Shown here: positions 28,188-38,651 of the stretch, piece after piece
Numbering within the stretch: the stretch's first letter is position 1
How the letters are laid out: every line of letters begins with the position of its first letter
Assembly: GCA_037479045.1 (NCBI GenBank)
Contig: JBBFLL010000005.1
Location: 42,749 to 106,748 of the forward strand
Direction: 5' to 3'
Origin: Brevinematales bacterium
GTDB lineage: Bacteria > Spirochaetota > Brevinematia > Brevinematales > JAOACQ01
Length of the DNA: 64,000 nucleotides
Notes under the pieces: generated by a model
What the model was told of the DNA's origin: nothing
What the model saw: only the letters and a program-made list of their open reading frames with translations
Databases searched by the model: none
Made by a program: the position numbers and the translations under genes

Positions 28188-29777
28188 CTAACTTAAAAAA
28201 CTTTTTGCTCCTTTATGCTCTGGATCTAACTTTAACACCATCTCAAATGCTTTTCTTGATAACTCCTTTTCTCCAAGCTCTACAAATTGCAGTCCAATTC
28301 TATAAAGAAAGTCTTTGTTGTCCTTAAAGAAATCAAGACTTTCAAGAAGAAAATCTATAGCCTCTCTCTTTTTCCCAAACCTTATCTTTGTAAGTGCAGC
28401 GGCAAATAGATATTCTCCCTTCTTTTCTTTTGAAATAAGTTCAGTAAATATTTTATCAGCTTCTTCATATTTTAGCAAATTAGATTTAACTATCCCTAAA
28501 GTATAGAATAATTCAGTGCTCTCGGGGAAAAAGTTCAGTGATAATTCAATAATTAGCTCTGCTTCAATTAACCTATCAAGCATAAAAAAGGAATTGGCAA
28601 TTATTAAAAAAAATCTCTCTTCTATCACATTGTTCTCAAGAAGCATTTGACCATAAATTAAAGCATCATCAAATCTTTGTGTATAAAAGCTACAAAGCGT
28701 TAACTGTTTTAAGACTTCCACTTTAAAATCATTATCAATATCCAAGTATAAAAATTCCTTAAAGATATTGTACCCCTCTTCAAAATTCCCCATCATCACG
28801 GCTATAAGACCAAGTTTGACCTCATAAACCTTATTTTTGGTTTTCTCAACACATTTCTCATAAGATTTTTTTGCATATTCAATATCATTAAGCTCAAAAA
28901 AGCTATCTCCTAATACCCCGAGTTGATTATAATCCAATGGTTCATATTCCAGAGCCTTCCTTAAAAATTCTAAAGCTAAGGTCATATCATTCTTAGCCTT
29001 ATAAGATAAACCAATATAAAAATAAACTTCAAAAAGATTTTTTCTTATTTCTATGCAATAATTCAAGAATTCAATAGCTTTATCATAATTTTTTACTTCA
29101 TAATAACTTATACCAAGCCCAAAATATAGATAATCTAAAGCAACTTTGATATTTTTATCATTTTTTAAAATATCAAAAAACTTCTCAAAATATTCTATGG
29201 CTTTAATAAAATCTTTTTTTAAAAAAGACCCTATTCCCATACCATAGATTGAAAGAGGTGTTTGTTTTTTTTCATACATTCTTTGAAATAAATCAATGGC
29301 ATAATCAAGTTTCTGTAATTCTATAAACCTTATACCCACCAAATATACATTTTCATCATAAGATGAGAAAAATCTTTCGTCCTTAGTTATCTTATAAGCC
29401 ATATCATAATCTTTTCTTTCAATATAACAAAATGCGATATAAGGTAAAGCATAAGGATAATAATCATCAATAATATCTATACTCTTCAAATAGTTGAGAC
29501 TCTCCTCAAAATCAAAAAGGTAAAAATTCACAACCCCCATATTATACTTGAGATAATTTTTGTCTGGATCAAGTTTAAGAGCCTCACTTAAAACAATTTT
29601 TGCTTTTTGAAATTCCTTCTTTTCAAGAAATATATTGGAAAGATAAAATAACATTTTCTTAACTTCTTCAACGTCATCAAAGAGATCATATATCATCTTG
29701 AGAGCTTCATTTGCTTTTCCAAGTTCAAGTAATTTATAAAAAAAATCTATATTAAAATTTTTATCTACGGTTGCCAT
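28188..29777 (-). CDS. Cytoplasmic multi-TPR repeat protein
   Basis: Repeated A/Y/L TPR spacing along 529 aa (e.g. YNMGVVNFYLFDFEESLNYLKSI, YFYIGLSYKAKNDMTLALEFLRKALEYEP). Confidence 0.8.
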   Translation of the reverse strand: MATVDKNFNIDFFYKLLELGKANEALKMIYDLFDDVEEVKKMLFYLSNIFLEKKEFQKAKIVLSEALKLDPDKNYLKYNMGVVNFYLFDFEESLNYLKSIDIIDDYYPYALPYIAFCYIERKDYDMAYKITKDERFFSSYDENVYLVGIRFIELQKLDYAIDLFQRMYEKKQTPLSIYGMGIGSFLKKDFIKAIEYFEKFFDILKNDKNIKVALDYLYFGLGISYYEVKNYDKAIEFLNYCIEIRKNLFEVYFYIGLSYKAKNDMTLALEFLRKALEYEPLDYNQLGVLGDSFFELNDIEYAKKSYEKCVEKTKNKVYEVKLGLIAVMMGNFEEGYNIFKEFLYLDIDNDFKVEVLKQLTLCSFYTQRFDDALIYGQMLLENNVIEERFFLIIANSFFMLDRLIEAELIIELSLNFFPESTELFYTLGIVKSNLLKYEEADKIFTELISKEKKGEYLFAAALTKIRFGKKREAIDFLLESLDFFKDNKDFLYRIGLQFVELGEKELSRKAFEMVLKLDPEHKGAKSFLS

Positions 29778-30800
29778 TTAAACCTCCAGCAATGATAAAA
29801 ATATTTTCACAAGTTCTGGATCAAACTGCTTGCCAGCATTTGAAATTAAGTCTTCTCTTATCAAATCAAAACTTTTCGCTGGTGAATAAAGTGTTCCATT
29901 CAACATTCTATCGTAGGCATTTGCAATACTTACAATTCTTACACAGAGTGGAATTTTTGACCCCTTAAGCCCATCTGGATAACCCTGCCCATCAAACCTT
30001 TCGTGATGATAACTTACTATTTCAAGCACATGAGAATTATTGGCAAGCATAGGCATCAGGATTTTTCTCCCGATAATTGGATGTTTCTTAACTATTTCAT
30101 ACTCCACCTCATTAAGTGTCCCCTCTTTAAGAAGAATACTATCAGGAAGGCCTATCTTTCCTATATCGTGGAGAGTTGAACCCATAACCAGACTTTCGAG
30201 TTGATTCTTTGAAAAGCCGACCTTTTTACCCAGCTTTTCTGCATATATTGCAACGTTGTGAGAATGCTCAAGGGTTCTTCTGTCCCTTACTTCAAGAGTA
30301 TTAAGTATAACCTTTAAGCTATCAAAAAAAGAACTCTCAAGCTCTTTTTTTGCCTCTTTTACTGCTTTTTCAAGTGATGTTATATATTTTCTTCTTTCAT
30401 CAAGAAGTTTCAACTTATCAATCACTCTATTAACAGCGAACAAAATCTCATCAACAGTAAAAGGTTTTAAAATATAATCATACGCACCATTTCTTATAGC
30501 TTCTTTTAGATTCTCTACACTTCCATAAGCCGAAATAACTATAATATGTGCATCGGGATTATAATCTTTTATTTTCCTTATTAACTCAAGTCCTGTCATT
30601 TGTGGCATAAGAAGGTCAGTTATCACTACATCAATTTCATTGGTTTTATATACCTCAAGTGCATCTTCTCCATTTTCTGCAGTGTATATTAAATTTATAT
30701 TGGGAGACAGTTTTAAAATATCATTTAAGACCTTTAAAACAGAAATTTCATCTTCAACTATCAAAAAATTATACTTTCTTCTCTGCATATTAATCCTCAA
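29778..30800 (-). CDS. Response regulator with an HD-GYP c-di-GMP phosphodiesterase output (RpfG family)
   Basis: REC domain (FLIVEDE, VVITDLLMPQMTG, ILKPF) and HD-GYP domain (HSHNVA, LHDIGK, HHERFDGQGYPDGL). Confidence 0.92.
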   Translation of the reverse strand: MRINMQRRKYNFLIVEDEISVLKVLNDILKLSPNINLIYTAENGEDALEVYKTNEIDVVITDLLMPQMTGLELIRKIKDYNPDAHIIVISAYGSVENLKEAIRNGAYDYILKPFTVDEILFAVNRVIDKLKLLDERRKYITSLEKAVKEAKKELESSFFDSLKVILNTLEVRDRRTLEHSHNVAIYAEKLGKKVGFSKNQLESLVMGSTLHDIGKIGLPDSILLKEGTLNEVEYEIVKKHPIIGRKILMPMLANNSHVLEIVSYHHERFDGQGYPDGLKGSKIPLCVRIVSIANAYDRMLNGTLYSPAKSFDLIREDLISNAGKQFDPELVKIFLSLLEV

Positions 30801-31615
30801 TTTATATTAAGATAAAACCAAGCTGTGGCATAATTTTTATCTATCCTCATAGCTATCTTAAGAAATTTCTCAGCAAGAGAATTATAACCTAATTTACTCA
30901 AACATTTTGAAGTTTTAAATGCAAAATTTGGAATATCCGAGTAAGTTTCCTGTGCTTTAAGATAGTATTCAAGAGCCTCAGCATATTTTCCTTCTTCATA
31001 ATAAATCTCTCCAATTTGAAAATAAGCAAGTGCATTAAAAAATTCATCAAGAGTTGTATTAACTATTTTTTCAAAAAATTCCCTTGCTTCCTTAAATTTT
31101 TTCTGGTTTAAATAAGACATTCCTATAAAATAAAGAGTATCCGTAGAAGAAAACTTATGATATGACAATTTCAAGTCCTCTATAGCACCACTATAATCCC
31201 CAATCTTATATTTTGATATACCTTTCATCTTAAAAAAATACTCTTTAAACTCAACAGGAACATCTTTTATAGAATTGAAAAATGAAAGAGTATTTGAATA
31301 TTCACTTTTTGTTCTTGAATTTAAAAAAAGTAAGTATGCCATACCAAAATTTCTGTAAACACTCAAATTTGAAGAACTATCTTTTTCAATAATATTACTC
31401 AACTTCTGAATAAAGTCTTTATCACCTTCAAGAGAAAGTTTTAATACTATTCTATATTCTCTCTTTGCATAATTTATATTGTTCTTATTCTTTATCTTTT
31501 CAAGAATACTATATGCCTTTAAAAAATCTCTCTTATCATAGGCTTCATCAAATCTATAATATGCAGAACACGAAACAAAAATTAAAAACAAGAAAAAATA
31601 TAAAAATTTCACCAT
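30797..31615 (-). CDS. TPR-repeat lipoprotein
   Basis: Lipobox LIFVSCSA. TPR-like repeats (YFQIGEIYYEEGKYAEALEYYLKA). Confidence 0.75.
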   Translation of the reverse strand: MVKFLYFFLFLIFVSCSAYYRFDEAYDKRDFLKAYSILEKIKNKNNINYAKREYRIVLKLSLEGDKDFIQKLSNIIEKDSSSNLSVYRNFGMAYLLFLNSRTKSEYSNTLSFFNSIKDVPVEFKEYFFKMKGISKYKIGDYSGAIEDLKLSYHKFSSTDTLYFIGMSYLNQKKFKEAREFFEKIVNTTLDEFFNALAYFQIGEIYYEEGKYAEALEYYLKAQETYSDIPNFAFKTSKCLSKLGYNSLAEKFLKIAMRIDKNYATAWFYLNIN

Positions 31616-31923
31616 ACTTCAAAATATCCCTCTTTTTCTTTGAATTTTAAACCTTTTTCTATAATATAACTTTTAATTTCACTAACCAGCACAGGCTTAA
31701 TCGTATCGCTATGCTTACCTTTACCTGTAATTATCTTGAGTTTTATTTTATCCTTTGCTATTCGAGTTATATTATAATCAATTATATTTATAGCTTCCTG
31801 TAAGGTTTTATTGTGTAAGTCTATAGTAATAAAAACAGCTTCAGATTTTTTTAAATTAACTTCATCCTTCTTAAAGGGTTTTAAATTTTTCATTGCCTCA
31901 AGAAAAATATCCTCTGGATTCAT
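31609..31923 (-). CDS. Smr-domain protein
   Basis: 104 aa with IDLHNKTLQEA and KIITGKGKHS, the Smr pattern. Confidence 0.7.
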   Translation of the reverse strand: MNPEDIFLEAMKNLKPFKKDEVNLKKSEAVFITIDLHNKTLQEAINIIDYNITRIAKDKIKLKIITGKGKHSDTIKPVLVSEIKSYIIEKGLKFKEKEGYFEVW

Positions 31924-31932
31924 AAAAATTCT

Positions 31933-32967
31933 TTAATTAACTAAAAAGCACGAAACAGACCCGGGAAACAAGAAGAAATTAAACCTTTTATCGACATTCA
32001 ATATTCCTCCTCCCGTTAAAGAAAAATATGTGCCTTTTTTCCTTGCAGAATCAAAATCCATATCAAACGCAGAAAAATCTCCTTCAAGGTTTAATACCAC
32101 AATTCTTTCACCACTACTATAAATCATCCTTTTATCTGAAAAAGATACTTTCTTAAAATTTCCCTGTTCTAAAAATCTTATTAAATCAAGAATAGCTCCT
32201 CCAAGCATCTTATGATCTATAAGTATTTTTCCCTTTTTAATAATCATATAACTCATTGTGGCAATATTATTGATAGAAAACTCATCACTTGCAATAAAGT
32301 TAACTTCATCACTGAGGTTATAATCTTCAATACCCTTAAAATTTGCTTCTGGATACAAGAAAAACTTTCTTCTCAAATCCCAATAATAACTTACACAAAC
32401 ACTTCTCCCTTTAGCCCTCGATAATTTATTGTTAAGTAAATACATTGAATTGTCAAGCTCACTTGCAAATAATTTTATAATTTCATCAGCCTCATTATCC
32501 TGAAAAAAGGTGAGATCAAGAAATAAGCTATAACCTTTGCTTTTAAAATTAGATAAATATTTTTTTAATTTTTCTCTGGTGGCAGAAGAAGAATAATCAA
32601 CAATATACGTAGAAGAGTAGCTTATAGATTCCTCTTTAAAATCATTAATACTCCATAACTTTCTACTATAATACTTTGGTTGAGTAAATAAACAAAGATA
32701 AATGTAATAATTTATACCTTTCTGTTTTAAAAAAGAATCTATTTCTTTAAAATTAGGATCTTCATAGTCAAAGTCATACACTCCACCTTCCTTGGTCATT
32801 CTGAATGGATTATCAACCACTACAAAATCTATACTAATGCCCTTTGATTCAAGAAAATTAACTATATTTACAATCTTCGAGAGTGACGCCCCACGAAAAT
32901 CTATAGAAATAGAATAGGAAAGGCTAATCCCCAATAAAATAAATAAGATAGAAAGAAAATGCCTCAT
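31933..32967 (-). CDS. Secreted protein of unknown function
   Basis: 344-aa ORF with an N-terminal signal-like segment (FLSILFILLGISLSYS). No motif recognised. Confidence 0.6.
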   Translation of the reverse strand: MRHFLSILFILLGISLSYSISIDFRGASLSKIVNIVNFLESKGISIDFVVVDNPFRMTKEGGVYDFDYEDPNFKEIDSFLKQKGINYYIYLCLFTQPKYYSRKLWSINDFKEESISYSSTYIVDYSSSATREKLKKYLSNFKSKGYSLFLDLTFFQDNEADEIIKLFASELDNSMYLLNNKLSRAKGRSVCVSYYWDLRRKFFLYPEANFKGIEDYNLSDEVNFIASDEFSINNIATMSYMIIKKGKILIDHKMLGGAILDLIRFLEQGNFKKVSFSDKRMIYSSGERIVVLNLEGDFSAFDMDFDSARKKGTYFSLTGGGILNVDKRFNFFLFPGSVSCFLVN

Positions 32968-32971
32968 AACA

Positions 32972-33922
32972 TCAATCCCTCAAATTCGTAAATGCAAGAG
33001 CTGCAGAACCAAGAATACCTGCATCATTACCCATCTCTGCAAGTTTTATCGTAAAAACCTCATAAGCATAAGGAATAGCATAAAGAGAAGTATAAAATTT
33101 CACCTTATCAAGTAAAAATTCTTTAGCTCCTGATACACCACCACCTATTATACAACATTCTGGATTTAAAATATTAACGATATTTGCTATACCAAGCCCA
33201 AGATACCTGCACATTTCATCAAATATCTCCATCGAAATTTTATCCCCCGCTTTTGCTTCTTCCACAATAACCTTTGCATTTATATTGTCTGGATAATATT
33301 TAATAAGAGTCGTTTTTACTCCTTTTCTTACTAAGGATTTGGCTCTCTTTATAATAGCAGAAGCAGAAGCAAAAGCCTCCCAACAACCATAGTTACCGCA
33401 CCCACACGGTCTTCCGTCAAGGTCTATAAGCATATGTCCCACTTCTCCGGCACAGCCATTCTTTCCATGATATATCTTACCATTGATAAATATACCTGCC
33501 CCAATTCCAGTGCCAACAGTAATGACAAAAAAATTATTCATTCCCTTACCAGCACCAAATAAGAATTCACCTGTTGCTGCATTATTTGCATCATTATCAA
33601 CAAAAACCGGTAATTTAAATTCCTGAGATAACTCCTTCGCCATTGGATAATTTTCAAAAACTCTTATGTTTGAAAAAATGTTTATATTCCCCTTATCATC
33701 AGCAATTCCTGGGACCCCTACTCCAATAGCCTCAATTTTCTTATCTTTGTTTTTCTCCATAAGATTTTTTATCGAATCTTTTATATTTTGCATCACAACG
33801 GAAGAAGAGTTTGCCTCTACACCAGTTGGAATTTGAAGAGAATCAACAATATCTCCTCTATCATTAACAACACCTGCCTTAATAAAAGTTCCTCCAAGAT
33901 CAACTCCAATGCAAAAACTCAT
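32972..33922 (-). CDS. ROK-family sugar kinase (glucokinase-like)
   Basis: GVDLGGTFIK, DNDANNAATGE, GTGIGAGI, and the zinc motif GHMLIDLDGRPCGCGNYGCWE. Confidence 0.9.
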   Translation of the reverse strand: MSFCIGVDLGGTFIKAGVVNDRGDIVDSLQIPTGVEANSSSVVMQNIKDSIKNLMEKNKDKKIEAIGVGVPGIADDKGNINIFSNIRVFENYPMAKELSQEFKLPVFVDNDANNAATGEFLFGAGKGMNNFFVITVGTGIGAGIFINGKIYHGKNGCAGEVGHMLIDLDGRPCGCGNYGCWEAFASASAIIKRAKSLVRKGVKTTLIKYYPDNINAKVIVEEAKAGDKISMEIFDEMCRYLGLGIANIVNILNPECCIIGGGVSGAKEFLLDKVKFYTSLYAIPYAYEVFTIKLAEMGNDAGILGSAALAFTNLRD

Positions 33923-33939
33923 TTTACCATCTCCTTAAG

Positions 33940-34362
33940 TTATTTAAGAATTTGACCTATTCTTTCTATTACCTTTTCTCTATCAATAGGTTTTACAATA
34001 TAACCTTTGGCTCCAAGTTTTATAGCCTCTTTAACAGATTCTACAGTACCCAAAGCTGTTATCATAACCACTGTAACATTAGGATCGAGTTCCCTTATTG
34101 CTTTAAGAGTTTCAATACCATCCATTTCTGGCATTGTAATATCAAGTGTCACAAGGTCGATCTGCCCTTTCATAGACTTAAAAAGTTCAAGCCCAGCTTT
34201 ACCATTTTCAGCCGTTCCAGCTATCTCAAAATCCCTCGACATAAAAATTTGAGTCAAATGTTTTATAACAAACTGAGAGTCATCAACAATAAGGACTCTC
34301 ACATGCCCACCTTCAACTTTTCTACCAGTAGGAAGACCGTTTTCATCAAAAATTATAGCCAT
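33940..34362 (-). CDS. cheY: CheY-like single-domain response regulator
   Basis: VLIVDDS, VTLDITMPEMDG and YIVKPI, with a roughly 20-aa N-terminal extension. Confidence 0.88.
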   Translation of the reverse strand: MAIIFDENGLPTGRKVEGGHVRVLIVDDSQFVIKHLTQIFMSRDFEIAGTAENGKAGLELFKSMKGQIDLVTLDITMPEMDGIETLKAIRELDPNVTVVMITALGTVESVKEAIKLGAKGYIVKPIDREKVIERIGQILK

Positions 34363-34375
34363 ATACTCCTCCTTC

Positions 34376-34840
34376 TCAATTTTCTTTGAAAGCTATATTT
34401 ATTTCAACAATTCCAAGCCCAGTATCTATAGGAATAATAAGTGCTTCCATATCGGAAAATTCATAAATATGGATATTTTCCCCCGTAATTATAGTAGGTG
34501 GAGTAAAATTAAATGACAGATTTTCCTTTTCAAGCCTTGTTACAGATCTGCCTGTAACCATATTAGCAAGCTCTCCAATAGTGCTTCTCACCATATCATC
34601 AAATTTTGTGAATTTTTCACCATTCATCTTTGAAGCAATATTTAAAGCTGTATCTTCCGTCATATCAAAAACAATTCTCCCGCTGACATTACCCGTAACA
34701 CCTATAACAACAGCTACCCCCTTCATTGAATCACCAAGTTTTTTTAAATAAAGCTCATTTCTTTTCACATTTGTTTGCAAAACTTCATTGAGAATATCAA
34801 AAGCGGCTTCGATAAAAGGATTGATATATTCTATCCTCAT
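34376..34840 (-). CDS. cheX: CheX/CheC-family CheY-P phosphatase
   Basis: 154 aa. The N-terminus YINPFIEAAFDILNEVL and the motif GELANMVTG are typical of CheX. It sits between cheW and cheY. Confidence 0.8.
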   Translation of the reverse strand: MRIEYINPFIEAAFDILNEVLQTNVKRNELYLKKLGDSMKGVAVVIGVTGNVSGRIVFDMTEDTALNIASKMNGEKFTKFDDMVRSTIGELANMVTGRSVTRLEKENLSFNFTPPTIITGENIHIYEFSDMEALIIPIDTGLGIVEINIAFKEN

Positions 34841-35376
34841 TTTGCCTCCTTATATTTACTTTCTTGTTTTATAACTGAAATATAATCAAGTATACCCGAT
34901 AAAGAGATAGTAAAAATTTCCTTTTCATCTTCAAGAATTATACCTTCAAATAGATAATTTTTAACCCAGCTATTTATAACATCCTGACTTCTATATTTTT
35001 CTTCAACCACTGCAACATTTTTATATATGCTATCTACAACAAGCCCAAAAACATCCTTTTTGTCTTTAAGAATCAATATAAGTTTTTCCTCATCATATAT
35101 TTTATTGTCTTGCTTAATCTCTTCATTTTCCTGAAGAATCGATTTCAAGCTGAAAACAGGAACAATATTACCTCTTAAGTTTATCACTCCAAGAAGTTCT
35201 TTTGCAGTATTTGGAACTCTATATATAGTTTTAAAAAATATTATCTCCTGAAGATAATTTATATTTATAGCAAAGAAACTTTTGTCAAGTTTGAATATTA
35301 TAGCATTAAAAAGAATATTTTGCTTTAATTTTTCCTCTTTTTCTTCAACTCTCTTATTCAATATTTCTTTTTCCAA
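34837..35376 (-). CDS. cheW: Chemotaxis coupling protein CheW
   Basis: CheW pattern (VPNTAKELLGVINLRGNIVPVFSLK, GLVVDSI). Confidence 0.88.
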   Translation of the reverse strand: MEKEILNKRVEEKEEKLKQNILFNAIIFKLDKSFFAININYLQEIIFFKTIYRVPNTAKELLGVINLRGNIVPVFSLKSILQENEEIKQDNKIYDEEKLILILKDKKDVFGLVVDSIYKNVAVVEEKYRSQDVINSWVKNYLFEGIILEDEKEIFTISLSGILDYISVIKQESKYKEAK

Positions 35377-35385
35377 TTTTTTCTC

Positions 35386-37536
35386 CTAATTTGCTATAAT
35401 TCTTTCCACATCTATTATAAAAGCTATATCACCATTTCCTATTATTGTTGCGGCAGAAATTCCTTTAGTTTTAACAAGCCTGTTATTTAATGGTTTAATA
35501 ACAATATCCTGTTCACCAATAACATTATCTACAATGAAGCCAAAATTTTTATCCTTTGATTTTACAACAATACAGTAATTTTTTTCAATTTCTTCAATAG
35601 ATATTTTTTTATGATAGAAAAATTCTTCCAAAAAAACTACCGGAACAAGATTTTCTCTCAAAAAGATCATTATTTTACCATTTATATCCTTAAAATCATT
35701 TTTTGAAACAACAATTGTCTCCTCTATAGAAGCAATAGGAATAAAGTAGTGAATTTCATTTACAACAACCAGAAGTCCCTGAATAATTGCAAGTGTTAAT
35801 GGAAGTCTCACCACTATTTTTGATCCTTTATTTTTAGCTGTATAAAAACCCACATTACCACCCATTTCCTCAATCTTTTTCTTCACAACATCCATGCCAA
35901 CCCCTCTACCTGATATTTCTGTCACCTGTTTTGCAGTAGAAAAGCCGGGCAAAAATATCAAGGCAAGAAGTTCTTTCTGACTCATTTTTTCCACAACTTC
36001 CTTAGGAAACATCTTATTCTCTATCGCCTTCTTCCTCAAAGCATCAAAATCAACCCCTCTTCCATCATCACTTGCTTCAATAACTATACTATCTCCCTCA
36101 TGGTATGCATTAAGAACAATTCTACCTTTTGGTGGCTTGCCAAGTTTAATCCTTTCTTCAACTGGTTCTATACCATGGTCAAGAGAATTTCTTATAATAT
36201 GAATAAGAGGATCAAATATATCATCAACCATACTCTTATCTATTTCGGTTTCGACACCTTCTATAACAAGTTCTACATCTTTTTTCATCTTTTCAGCCAT
36301 ATCCCTTACAAGTCTTGGAAATCTTGAAAAAACAGTCTGAATAGGAACCATACGAAGATTCATAACATTTTCCTGCAAAGAAGAAGAAATCCTCGAAAGT
36401 TTCTGGACAGTCTCTTTGTATTCATCAAATACTTGAAACATCTCCCCAAAAGAATCAAATAAAAGGGCATTCTTTTCAGCCTTTAATTTCTCATCATTAT
36501 CAAGGTTCAGTTTTAAAACACCACTTAAAAATGGTTTTAACACATTTTTTAATACAGTCTCAACTTTACTCATTCTATCATTTATTTGAGACAAAGAAGC
36601 CTTTGTTATAACAAGTTCCCCCATAAGATTGAGCAATTCATCAACCTTCCAGCTCTCAATTCGTATTGTTGAAGTTGCCCTCTTTGTATCTTCTGTTTCT
36701 TTTTTCTCTTGTTGCGGCTTTATTTCCTGAGATTTCTCTAAATTTTTTATAGAAAAACCATCCAGCATTTCTTTGGTCAAAAGAAGAACATCAAGTTTAG
36801 TAAGCATTTCAGACAAAAATGTTTTATCTCTTATCTCACTTTCTGATTTTTCAGTCGCAAAAACAAAACAAACTTCCTTGGCGAAAACACTTTCAAGATA
36901 ATTAAGGGTTGGTTCCATTTTAATTATTTCACCAATATCATTTAATAAAGCATAAACCTGAAATGGTGCAACATCCTTCATCTCGTATTGCTCATTAAAA
37001 TCATAACACAAAATATATACTTTTTTACCTTTCTCTATTAAATCATGGATATTCTCTATCTCAAAATTTGTAAGTTTAGATTTAATAAGTTCAGTAGATA
37101 CTTTCTCTTTATTATCAGATTTTGAAATTTGTCCACCAGAGGTTGAAGATTTGCCTTCTTTAAGAGATTTAAAAAACTCAATGAGTTTAGACTGCCTATC
37201 TGAAGAATAAATATTTCCTTTCTCCCTCTCAACAAGCATTTTTTCTATTTCATCTTTTGCCTCTAAAAAATTTGAAATATATTCTTTGGTAATTGACAAA
37301 CTCTTTTTCCTCACCATATCCATAACATCTTCAAAAAGATGGGTAAAATCCTTGATTTCATTAAATCCCACAGTTGCCGCTCCACCTTTGATTGTATGAA
37401 CACTCCTGAAAATTTCATTAATAGCCTTCTGATTATCTGGCTCTCTCTCCAAAACCAAAAGGCTTTCTTCAAGAGATGAAACAAGTTCAAACGCTTCAGA
37501 CAAAAAATCTTTTACTAATTCAATAGACATATCCAT
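35386..37536 (-). CDS. cheA: Chemotaxis histidine kinase CheA
   Basis: P1 H-box FRSVHTIKGGAATVGF, the kinase core (IIRNSLDHGIE, DDGRGVD, SGRGVGMDVV) and a C-terminal CheW-like domain. Confidence 0.95.
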   Translation of the reverse strand: MDMSIELVKDFLSEAFELVSSLEESLLVLEREPDNQKAINEIFRSVHTIKGGAATVGFNEIKDFTHLFEDVMDMVRKKSLSITKEYISNFLEAKDEIEKMLVEREKGNIYSSDRQSKLIEFFKSLKEGKSSTSGGQISKSDNKEKVSTELIKSKLTNFEIENIHDLIEKGKKVYILCYDFNEQYEMKDVAPFQVYALLNDIGEIIKMEPTLNYLESVFAKEVCFVFATEKSESEIRDKTFLSEMLTKLDVLLLTKEMLDGFSIKNLEKSQEIKPQQEKKETEDTKRATSTIRIESWKVDELLNLMGELVITKASLSQINDRMSKVETVLKNVLKPFLSGVLKLNLDNDEKLKAEKNALLFDSFGEMFQVFDEYKETVQKLSRISSSLQENVMNLRMVPIQTVFSRFPRLVRDMAEKMKKDVELVIEGVETEIDKSMVDDIFDPLIHIIRNSLDHGIEPVEERIKLGKPPKGRIVLNAYHEGDSIVIEASDDGRGVDFDALRKKAIENKMFPKEVVEKMSQKELLALIFLPGFSTAKQVTEISGRGVGMDVVKKKIEEMGGNVGFYTAKNKGSKIVVRLPLTLAIIQGLLVVVNEIHYFIPIASIEETIVVSKNDFKDINGKIMIFLRENLVPVVFLEEFFYHKKISIEEIEKNYCIVVKSKDKNFGFIVDNVIGEQDIVIKPLNNRLVKTKGISAATIIGNGDIAFIIDVERIIAN

Positions 37537-37550
37537 ACAAATATCCTCAA

Positions 37551-38651
37551 TTATTTAAAAAATCTATTCACAGCAAAGCCAATTTCTTCAACATTCAAAA
37601 CCACATCAGCTCCTCCCATTTTCACGGCATTTCCCGGCATTCCCCAGACTGTAGAAGAAACCTCATCCTGTGCAATAACAAAAGCTCCAGATTTTCTCAA
37701 ATTAACACACTCCATCGCACCATCTTTACCCATTCCCGTAAGTATTATAGCAAGAACATTACTCGAAACATACTGTCTTATCGACTTAAAGAATATATCT
37801 ACTGAAGGTTTGAAAAAAAAACCTTCATATTCATTGTTATCTTCTTTAAAAACAATCGAATTATCACATTTAACAAGCTTTGCATGTTTTCCACCCGGGC
37901 AGATATATATACAACCACTCTCAAGTTTATCTTCGTTCTTTAATTCTTTTACATTTCTGTTAAATGAATGGGTGAGATTTTTTGCAAATTCAAGTGTAAA
38001 GCCGGGCGGCATATGTTGTGCTATAACTACAGGGACAGGCAAATTATCAAGATTTTTTATAATCTTTCTTAATGCTACGGGTCCTCCCGTTGAACTCCCT
38101 ATAGCAACAAGCTCTGGCTTAATCCGTTTAATTTCAAAAATTTTTTCAAACTCATTTAAGCCAACTACATAATCACCTTTTGCTTCAATTTTTTCTACCT
38201 TTATGTCTGGCTGTATTTCTTTTTTTGAAAGAAGTCCATTAATCTTATAATTAAATTCATTTTTTAAATAATTTATATTATCCTGAATATTTCCATCAGG
38301 TTTTTTGATTAGCTCGCTTGCTCCATAGTTTAATGCCTCAAAAACTGCAGAAGACCCCTCTTCGAGTAAAGAGCTGAACATTATAACCTTGGGAACCTTT
38401 GGTGGTGGGTTATTTTTAATGTATTTTAAAAAATCAAGTCCATTCATCTCTGGCATTTCAATATCAAGAACAACTATATCAGGAGAATAAAGTAGCATTT
38501 TCTGTAGTCCTATTTTACCATCAGAAGCTGTCGCAACAACATCCATCCCTATATCAGAAAGTATCTGAGATAGATATTTTCTTACAAGGACAGAGTCATC
38601 AACAATCATAACCTTTATTTTCTCGTCACTCTTTAACATAAGCCACTCCAT
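37551..38651 (-). CDS. cheB: Chemotaxis methylesterase/response regulator CheB
   Basis: REC domain (VMIVDDS, VVLDIEMPEMNG) and esterase domain (IGSSTGGP, QHMPPGFT, LTGMGKDG). Confidence 0.93.
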   Translation of the reverse strand: MEWLMLKSDEKIKVMIVDDSVLVRKYLSQILSDIGMDVVATASDGKIGLQKMLLYSPDIVVLDIEMPEMNGLDFLKYIKNNPPPKVPKVIMFSSLLEEGSSAVFEALNYGASELIKKPDGNIQDNINYLKNEFNYKINGLLSKKEIQPDIKVEKIEAKGDYVVGLNEFEKIFEIKRIKPELVAIGSSTGGPVALRKIIKNLDNLPVPVVIAQHMPPGFTLEFAKNLTHSFNRNVKELKNEDKLESGCIYICPGGKHAKLVKCDNSIVFKEDNNEYEGFFFKPSVDIFFKSIRQYVSSNVLAIILTGMGKDGAMECVNLRKSGAFVIAQDEVSSTVWGMPGNAVKMGGADVVLNVEEIGFAVNRFFK

